Shown: in pieces, positions 46,975 to 52,916 of the stretch
Layout of the letters: each line of letters starts with the position of its first letter
How positions within the stretch are numbered: position 1 is the stretch's first letter
NCBI GenBank assembly: GCA_002469805.1
Contig: DKNW01000117.1
Location: forward strand, 4,382 to 57,297
Origin: Rhodobiaceae bacterium UBA7378
Lineage (GTDB): Bacteria > Pseudomonadota > Alphaproteobacteria > RS24
Reading direction: 5' to 3'
DNA length: 52,916 nucleotides
Position numbers and translations under genes: made by a program
The notes under the pieces: model-generated
Database searches by the model: none
What the model was told of the DNA's origin: nothing
The model's input: the letters and a program-made list of their open reading frames with translations, nothing else

Positions 46975-49659
46975 CTAGGCTGACAATTTATCGGCAATCG
47001 CATCTAGCGCTGCACCTGCCGCGCTCGTGTCATTACCGCCGGCTTGCGCCATATCCGGGCGTCCACCACCGCCAGTGCCGCCCAGCAAGTCTGCGCCAAT
47101 CTTCACGAGTTCGACCGCGTCAAACCGATCTGTGAGATCGGGTGTGACGCCAACGGCAAGCCCGGCTTTACCACCATCAATGCCGACAAAAGCCACCACG
47201 CCGCTACCGATTTGTTTTTTTCCTTCATCCACGAGCCCCCGCAGCTGTTTAGCTGGCAAGCCCTCAATGGCCCGCGACATGAACTTAATTCCCGCAACCT
47301 CGCGCACGCCTTCATCGGCCCCAGCTGCGGTATTCGCGCCGCCTGCCATGGCCAGCTTTTTGGTCGCTTCGGCCAACTCCCGGTCGAGTTTCTTGCGGTC
47401 TTCAATCAGCCGCGCCACACGGTCTGGCACATCATCCACGCTAACTTTCAGTAGCTCAGTGGTGGCCTGCAAAATTTGGTCGCGGGCGCCGATGAAATTC
47501 AACGCCGCGGCGCCAGTGAACGCCTCGATACGCCGCACGCCGGAAGCGATCGCGGTTTCCTGGCCGATAATAAATGTGCCAATGTCGCCAAGACGGTTCA
47601 CATGGGTGCCGCCGCACAGCTCAACCGAAAAATCCCCCCCCCTACTTTGGTGCGTATCGGAGCCAGCCTCAACATCGCGCCCCATGGTAAGAACGCGAAC
47701 CTCGTCACCGTATTTTTCACCAAATAGCGCCAGTGCGCCTGCTTCGATTGCCTCATCAGGGGTCATCAGCCGCGTGGAAACTTCGTCATTGCGTCGGATG
47801 AGTGTGTTGACTTGTGTTTCAACTTCAAAAACTTCATCCGGCGAGAGAGGCTTGGGATGGCTGAAATCAAACCGCAAATGCTCAGAGCTCACCAACGAGC
47901 CCTTCTGCGTCACATGCGGACCCAGCACACGCCGTAATGCCTCGTGCAGCAGATGCGTCGCGCTGTGATGCGCGCGCACATTATCACGGCGCGTAACATC
48001 GACCTGCTGGTAAACCGGCGCGCCCGTTTGCAACGTGCCGGCAACCACCTCGCCCGACAGCACATGCAGATCGCCAAGTTTCTTGCGGGTATCATCAATA
48101 CGAATTTCAACGCCAGCGTCATTGCTCAAAATACCTGTATCTCCAACCTGCCCGCCGCTTTCGGCATAAAACGGGGTCTGGTTGACCAACATCTCAACAT
48201 GCTGGCCTTGCTGGGCTTCATCTGTTATCTCACCATCTATGCGGATCGCTTGCACAACGCCTTCGGCTTGTGTCGCGGTGTAGCCAACAAATTCAGTGGC
48301 CCCGTGCGTGTTGCGCAGATCGAACCACACCGTTTCAGTGGCCTCGGCCCCCGAGCCCGACCAACTGGCGCGCGCTTCGGCGCGCTGTTTTTCCATGGCA
48401 GCATCAAAACCCGATGCATCGACACTCAAACCGCGTTCGCGCAAGGCATCCTGGGTGAGATCAAGCGGAAACCCGTATGTGTCATACAGCCGGAAGGCGA
48501 CATCACCCGCCAGCACCTGCCCCCGCATTGCACTAATTTCATCTTCTAACAGGCGCAACCCCCGGCTCAGCATCTCGCGGAAGCGCGTCTCTTCATGGCG
48601 TAACGTCTCAACGATCAACGCGCTGGCACGCTCCAACTCGGGATATGCTGCCGCCATCTGACTCTTCAAGGCCGGAAATAATTGCCACAAAAGCGGCTCT
48701 TTCGTGCCCAGAATATGTGCATGGCGCATCGCGCGGCGCATAATACGCCGCAGCACATAACCTCGCCCCTCATTGGACGGCAAAATACCATCGGCAATCA
48801 AAAATGAAGCGGCCCGCAAATGATCAGCTATCACACGATGGCTCATCCGGTGTTGGGAGTCCGCCGCCTGATCCGACAAATCTGCCGACGCATCGATAAG
48901 ATAGCGCATCAAATCCGTGTCATAATTATCGTGCTGGCCCTGCAAAACAGCTCCAATTCGCTCAAGCCCCATGCCTGTATCGATCGAGGGTTTTGGCAAT
49001 TCAGCGCGCGTACCGTCCTCGCGCTGTTCGAATTGCATAAAGACCAAGTTCCAGATCTCAATGAACCTGTCGCCATCCTCATCAGGACTACCAGGTGGGC
49101 CACCCGCAATCGCTTCGCCATGGTCAAAGAAAATCTCGGAACACGGCCCACACGGGCCTGTATCGCCCATCGACCAGAAATTATCCGAGGTGGCAATGCG
49201 GATAATCCGATCTTCTGGCAGACCGGCAATTTTTTGCCACAAGTCAAACGCCTGATCATCTTCGGCATAGACGGTCGCCAGCAATTTGTCCTCGGGCAAC
49301 TGCATTTCGCGCGTCAAAAAGGTCCATGCCAGCGAGATCGCCTCCTCCTTGAAGTAATCGCCGAAGGAAAAATTTCCAAGCATCTCAAAAAACGTATGGT
49401 GCCGGGCGGTATAACCGACATTGTCCAAGTCGTTGTGCTTACCGCCCGCGCGCACACATTTTTGCGAACTGACCGCGCGTGCCATGTCGGGAGTCTCTTG
49501 TCCGGTAAAATAGTTTTTGAACGGTACCATGCCCGCATTGGTGAACAGTAGGGTCGGATCATTCAGCGGCACAAGGGGGCTGGAGGCCACACGCTGGTGC
49601 TGATTATGTTCAAAGAAATCCAGAAAACCGTTTCGTATATCGGCAATGCCCGTTGACAA
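46975..49659 (-). CDS. alaS: alanine--tRNA ligase
   Basis: 894 aa. [31 protein letters not shown], editing-domain HSATHLLH / CGGTHV and a C-terminal DHHA1-like domain. It starts with TTG (49659-49657), 7 nt after GGAGGG. Confidence 0.95.
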   Translation of the reverse strand: MSTGIADIRNGFLDFFEHNQHQRVASSPLVPLNDPTLLFTNAGMVPFKNYFTGQETPDMARAVSSQKCVRAGGKHNDLDNVGYTARHHTFFEMLGNFSFGDYFKEEAISLAWTFLTREMQLPEDKLLATVYAEDDQAFDLWQKIAGLPEDRIIRIATSDNFWSMGDTGPCGPCSEIFFDHGEAIAGGPPGSPDEDGDRFIEIWNLVFMQFEQREDGTRAELPKPSIDTGMGLERIGAVLQGQHDNYDTDLMRYLIDASADLSDQAADSQHRMSHRVIADHLRAASFLIADGILPSNEGRGYVLRRIMRRAMRHAHILGTKEPLLWQLFPALKSQMAAAYPELERASALIVETLRHEETRFREMLSRGLRLLEDEISAMRGQVLAGDVAFRLYDTYGFPLDLTQDALRERGLSVDASGFDAAMEKQRAEARASWSGSGAEATETVWFDLRNTHGATEFVGYTATQAEGVVQAIRIDGEITDEAQQGQHVEMLVNQTPFYAESGGQVGDTGILSNDAGVEIRIDDTRKKLGDLHVLSGEVVAGTLQTGAPVYQQVDVTRRDNVRAHHSATHLLHEALRRVLGPHVTQKGSLVSSEHLRFDFSHPKPLSPDEVFEVETQVNTLIRRNDEVSTRLMTPDEAIEAGALALFGEKYGDEVRVLTMGRDVEAGSDTHQSRGGDFSVELCGGTHVNRLGDIGTFIIGQETAIASGVRRIEAFTGAAALNFIGARDQILQATTELLKVSVDDVPDRVARLIEDRKKLDRELAEATKKLAMAGGANTAAGADEGVREVAGIKFMSRAIEGLPAKQLRGLVDEGKKQIGSGVVAFVGIDGGKAGLAVGVTPDLTDRFDAVELVKIGADLLGGTGGGGRPDMAQAGGNDTSAAGAALDAIADKLSA

Positions 49660-49694
49660 AATTTATCCCTCCAGCAAAACGTCCCGCCTATGGC

Positions 49695-49723
49695 GTTGTA
49701 CCGCCCTTAAAGGGCTGCGACAA
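49695..49723 (-). promoter_or_regulatory. candidate alaS promoter with an embedded 13-bp palindrome
   Basis: On the minus strand, TTGTCG (49723-49718), a 17-nt spacer, then TACAAC (49700-49695). The spacer contains GCCCTT-t-AAGGGC (49703-49715). Confidence 0.4.
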
Positions 49724-49730
49724 GCAGGAT

Positions 49731-49762
49731 AACGAAAACCCGGCTCTTCACCAGAACCGGGT
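49731..49762 (-). terminator. rho-independent terminator of recA
   Basis: The minus-strand RNA is ACCCGGUUC-UGGUGAA-GAGCCGGGU (9 bp including one G-U that would be a C-A mismatch on the other strand), followed by UUUCGUUAU. Confidence 0.7.
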
Positions 49763-49936
49763 CTCGAAACCATGACCGAAAAAATCAACCATGTCACATG
49801 CTAGCGATATCAAAAGTTAATTAAGTCACGCGTCAAAACAGCAACACGGTTGATGCCGCCACAGCAAGATTAAGTCGCGCAATCTTTTTGACACAATGCG
49901 CTCGTCGCTTTTGGGACAACAGCTTTTTAATATACC

Positions 49937-51058
49937 TCAAGCGCCGGCAGCTTCTTCGGCCGGCGGCTCTTCAACGGTTGGGGCTTCGTCTTGCCCTTCC
50001 GCAAGTTTCGCTTCGTCCTGCGTTAGGGCTTCGATATCGATCAAACCGGCATCAGCGCGGATTTTCTCTTCAATCTCATCAGCAATATCGGGGTTTTCAG
50101 CCAGAAAACCGCGGGCATTTTCTTTGCCCTGCCCGATACGCTGCGGCCCATAACTATACCAGGATCCCGATTTCTCAACGACACCAGCCTTAACACCTAG
50201 ATCAATTAATTCTCCGGTCTTAGAAATGCCTTCGCCATACAGAATATCAAACTCAATCACCCGAAACGGCGGTGCGACTTTGTTTTTCACTACTTTGACA
50301 CGGGTTTGGTTGCCGATCACTTCCTCGCGGTCTTTAATTGCACCAATGCGGCGGATATCCAGACGACACGACGAATAGAACTTCAGTGCATTCCCACCTG
50401 TAGTGGTTTCCGGGCTACCGAACATAACACCGATTTTCATCCGGATTTGGTTGATGAAAATAACCATGGTATTCGAGCGCGAAATGGAGCCGGTTAACTT
50501 ACGCAGGGCTTGGCTCATTAAGCGGGCCTGCAAACCAGGCAGGCTATCGCCCATATCGCCTTCAAGCTCGGCCCGCGGTGTTAGCGCCGCGACAGAATCA
50601 ATTACCAGAACATCGACAGCACCCGAGCGCACCAGCGTATCGGTAATTTCAAGCGCCTGCTCGCCATTGTCAGGTTGCGAGATCAGCAAATCTTCAATCT
50701 GCACGCCGAGTTTATTGGCATAGGCGGGATCAAGCGCATGCTCGGCATCAATAAAGCCGCAAATGCCACCCGTTTTCTGGGCTTCTGCGACGGTGTGCAA
50801 TGCCAGCGTGGTTTTGCCTGAGCTTTCTGGCCCGTAAATTTCAACAATACGCCCTCGCGGTAGACCGCCAATGCCAAGCGCAATGTCCAGCCCCAGCGAC
50901 CCTGTAGAAACCGATTCGATCTCGACAATGTTTTCGGGGTCGCCCAGCTTCATTACTGAGCCTTTGCCGTAGTTCTTTTCGATCTGAGACAGCGCTGCTT
51001 CCAGCGCTTTTTTCTTGTCTTCGCTTTTTTCCATCAGGGTCACCACATTTTGAGACAT
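49937..51058 (-). CDS. recA: recombinase RecA
   Basis: 373 aa. GPESSGKTT Walker A, the L1/L2 regions and an acidic C-terminal tail. GGAGAG RBS. Confidence 0.97.
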   Translation of the reverse strand: MSQNVVTLMEKSEDKKKALEAALSQIEKNYGKGSVMKLGDPENIVEIESVSTGSLGLDIALGIGGLPRGRIVEIYGPESSGKTTLALHTVAEAQKTGGICGFIDAEHALDPAYANKLGVQIEDLLISQPDNGEQALEITDTLVRSGAVDVLVIDSVAALTPRAELEGDMGDSLPGLQARLMSQALRKLTGSISRSNTMVIFINQIRMKIGVMFGSPETTTGGNALKFYSSCRLDIRRIGAIKDREEVIGNQTRVKVVKNKVAPPFRVIEFDILYGEGISKTGELIDLGVKAGVVEKSGSWYSYGPQRIGQGKENARGFLAENPDIADEIEEKIRADAGLIDIEALTQDEAKLAEGQDEAPTVEEPPAEEAAGA

Positions 51059-51105
51059 GTCCGCTCTCCGTTATTCCACGCCCGCACAAGACGGGCAATA
51101 AACTT

Positions 51106-51135
51106 ATTATGTTCTTATTTTGTTCCACCTGTCCA
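51106..51135 (-). promoter_or_regulatory. candidate recA promoter
   Basis: On the minus strand, TGGACA (51135-51130), an 18-nt spacer, then CATAAT (51111-51106). Confidence 0.5.
51111..51125. promoter_or_regulatory. alphaproteobacterial-type SOS (LexA) box
   Basis: GTTC-TTATTTT-GTTC (GAAC-N7-GAAC on the recA strand), lying inside the spacer of the candidate recA promoter 53-67 nt upstream of the ATG. Confidence 0.8.
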
Positions 51136-51254
51136 GCAAAAACTAGCGGCGATCTAAGCGGTTGATTATATTATGTTTCCTAGGAAAAAAGCTCAGGTTT
51201 ATGCGTGTGCACAAAGGGCAGGCCGGATGCCGCGCGCAAGAATCAGTGATTGCG

Positions 51255-51671
51255 TTAGTCGTCGCGATAGACACGCTCGCGCTTTTCATGCCGCTCTTGG
51301 GCTTCGAGGCCCAGCGTGGCAATTGGCCGAGCTTCAAGGCGCTTCAGGCTGATCGGTTCGCCAGTATCCTCGCAATAGCCATATGTCTTGTCTTCGATGC
51401 GGCGCAGCGCAGAGTCGATTTTATTGATAAGTTTACGATGGCGGTCGCGCGTGCGCAGTTCCAGCGTCTTTTCTGATTCTGCCGCCGCACGGTCAGCTTC
51501 GTCCGGATGCTGGCTGCTTTCGGCTTTCAGCCCGTTCACGGTTTCGCGCGTGCCCTTGATGATATCGTTTTTCCAGTCCTGCAATTTACGACGGAAATAC
51601 TCACGCTGACGCGCGTTCATAAATGGTTCGCTCTCATTCGGGCTATATCCCTTGGGAAGTCGGGTCGCCAT
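51255..51671 (-). CDS. dksA: RNA polymerase-binding transcription factor DksA (single-Cys variant)
   Basis: 138 aa. Coiled-coil tip DEADRAA (DxxDxA), LELRTRDRHRKLI and YGYCEDTG-x17-GLEA in place of the CxxC-x17-CxxC finger. Confidence 0.9.
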   Translation of the reverse strand: MATRLPKGYSPNESEPFMNARQREYFRRKLQDWKNDIIKGTRETVNGLKAESSQHPDEADRAAAESEKTLELRTRDRHRKLINKIDSALRRIEDKTYGYCEDTGEPISLKRLEARPIATLGLEAQERHEKRERVYRDD

Positions 51672-51822
51672 GCCTACCTCGTTATAGATTAACAGGTCTA
51701 AAACTTACGGGCGGTAGTTAAAGCGTTAGCGCGTGAAAATCAAGACCCTATATGATCGGCGCTGTGAAGCTGTTTACTAGCCCTACTTCCCTCTTGCACA
51801 TGTGATGCCTTGCCCTTACGCT

Positions 51823-51861
51823 CTGGCCCCATATATCGAGAAAAGGGGCCGGTTTCTTCGG
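51823..51861 (+). other. orphan plus-strand terminator-like hairpin upstream of the MoxR gene
   Basis: CTGGCCCC (51823-51830) and GGGGCCGG (51845-51852), 8 bp with one G-U pair and a 14-nt loop, followed by TTTCTTCGG. No plus-strand gene lies upstream of it. Confidence 0.4.
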
Positions 51862-51876
51862 CACCTCATTATTTAA

Positions 51877-52740
51877 ATGGGAAAATCTATGTCGACAAAA
51901 TTTGAAGGCACCGAAAAATACATCGCAACCGAAGACCTGCGCGTTGCGGTCAACGCCGCGCTGACACTGGAGCGGCCGCTGCTCATCAAGGGCGAGCCGG
52001 GCACAGGTAAAACGGTGCTGGCCGAGGAAGTTTCCGCGGCGCTGGGGATGAAGCTCATCACCTGGCATATCAAATCCACCACCAAAGCCCAGCAGGGCCT
52101 TTACGAATATGACGCCATCACCCGCCTGCGCGATAGTCAGCTGGGAGACGAGCGCGTAAAGGATGTAAAAAACTACATCAACAAAGGCAAGCTGTGGGAA
52201 GCCTTCGAACAGGATGAGCGCGTAGTGCTGTTGATCGACGAGATCGACAAAGCCGATATCGAGTTTCCGAACGACTTGTTGCAGGAACTCGACCGCATGG
52301 AGTTCTTCGTCTACGAAACCGGCGAAACCATCAAAGCCGCCAAGCGCCCGCTCGTCATCATCACCTCGAACAATGAAAAAGAGCTACCCGACGCGTTTTT
52401 GCGCCGTTGCTTCTTCCATTACATCTCGTTCCCCGATGCCGACACCATGCAACAGATCGTCAATGTGCATTATCCTGATATCAAAGAACGTCTGGTGAAA
52501 AATGCGCTGGGCTCGTTTTACGAAGTGCGCGACGTGCCCGGCCTGAAGAAAAAGCCCTCAACGTCGGAATTGCTCGACTGGCTGAAACTTCTGATGAACG
52601 AAGACATCGACCCCGAAACCCTGCGCGAGCAGGATGCCGGCAAGCTCATTCCGCCCCTGCACGGTGCCTTGATCAAGAACGAGCAGGATGTACACTTGTT
52701 TGAGCGTCTGGCGTTTCTTGCCCGCCGCGAACGCAATTAG
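51877..52740 (+). CDS. MoxR-class AAA+ ATPase (CoxD-like)
   Basis: 287 aa. Walker A GEPGTGKT, Walker B LLIDEIDK, SNNEKELPDAFLRRC sensor/arginine-finger region. The start may be ATG 51889. Confidence 0.85.
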   Translation: MGKSMSTKFEGTEKYIATEDLRVAVNAALTLERPLLIKGEPGTGKTVLAEEVSAALGMKLITWHIKSTTKAQQGLYEYDAITRLRDSQLGDERVKDVKNYINKGKLWEAFEQDERVVLLIDEIDKADIEFPNDLLQELDRMEFFVYETGETIKAAKRPLVIITSNNEKELPDAFLRRCFFHYISFPDADTMQQIVNVHYPDIKERLVKNALGSFYEVRDVPGLKKKPSTSELLDWLKLLMNEDIDPETLREQDAGKLIPPLHGALIKNEQDVHLFERLAFLARRERN

Positions 52741-52756
52741 GAGAGGTTGAACCGTC

Positions 52757-52916
52757 ATGTTCGTTAATTTTTTCCACGAGCTGAAGCGTAACTCGGTTCC
52801 GGTGTCCTTGCGTGAATATCTCTCGCTACTTGCCGCGCTGGATGCCGATGTCATCGACCATGAGGTTGAGGATTTCTATTATCTGTCGCGCACCGCGCTG
52901 GTGAAAGACGAGCGCA
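52757..52916 (+). CDS. 5' part of a VWA-domain (CoxE-like) protein, truncated by the window edge
   Basis: ATG 52757 lies 10 nt after GGAGAGG and the frame is open to the window end. MFVNFFHELKRNSVPVSLREYLSLLAALDA resembles the N-terminus of CoxE-type VWA partners of MoxR ATPases. Confidence 0.55.
   Translation, partial: MFVNFFHELKRNSVPVSLREYLSLLAALDADVIDHEVEDFYYLSRTALVKDER

Noticed and set aside
47634-47642. G9 homopolymer (C9 on the plus strand) followed by T5 inside alaS, as a possible phase-variation tract
   Set aside because: The tract lies in an essential gene, is in frame (encodes R-G-G-D-F) and is next to the conserved CGGTH motif. A slippage switch here would be lethal. It is noted only as a sequencing-error-prone site.
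47027-47968. 313-aa plus-strand ORF (and the 243-aa ORF at 48820..49551) inside alaS
   Set aside because: These ORFs are antisense to a full-length, motif-complete AlaRS gene. Their translations are low-complexity and Ser/Pro/Ala/Arg-rich, typical of shadow ORFs in GC-biased coding DNA, and they have no RBS.
49763-49936. recX or a small peptide gene between recA and its terminator (14-aa MVDFFGHGFETRFW and a 36-aa ORF running through the terminator)
   Set aside because: These are too short for RecX, have no RBS, and the longer ORF spans the terminator hairpin and the alaS promoter. They are most likely non-coding 3' UTR.
1-52916. CRISPR arrays, tandem or interspersed repeat families, IS elements
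   Set aside because: Reading through all intergenic regions, I found no regularly spaced direct repeats, no terminal inverted repeats flanking a transposase-like ORF, and no recurring REP-like element. A computational repeat search would be needed to exclude short dispersed repeats.

Overview
About 53 kb of densely packed chromosomal DNA, moderate GC (mid-50s % by eye, not computed). It carries clear alphaproteobacterial hallmarks. These are a GTTC-N7-GTTC SOS box inside the recA promoter, a purB / purC-purS-purQ-purL-BolA-Grx4 layout, a single-Cys DksA, a folE-hisI pair, yidD directly upstream of thrS, and a eukaryote-type NADP-IDH. I call about 58 protein genes and one tRNA-Leu(UAA). Most are core housekeeping genes: three aminoacyl-tRNA synthetases (thrS, cysS, alaS), recA, dksA, rpsD, map, purine biosynthesis, glpK, nadK, cysE and icd. 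Between them sit small metabolic or accessory modules. These include amidohydrolase-COG0523 GTPase-cytochrome b561 facing cytochrome c'; a hydrolase/enoyl-CoA hydratase/SDR/M20 operon; a gamma-CA-like/GMC/DsbA-like/rhomboid operon; MoxR-VWA; and efflux pumps. A handful of orphan secreted or membrane proteins are also present. I saw no CRISPR array, transposase, integrase, phage genes, toxin-antitoxin pair or recognisable defence genes. I did not find a convincing self-contained novel multi-gene system. The items most worth a second look are the promoter-then-terminator leader in front of rpsD, the COG0523 metallochaperone module, two tightly coupled four-gene operons of unknown pathway, the AT-richer patch of orphan secreted proteins beside tRNA-Leu, and several unexplained RNA-structure or palindrome elements in intergenic regions. 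All family assignments come from motif and sequence recognition by eye. No database search was possible.
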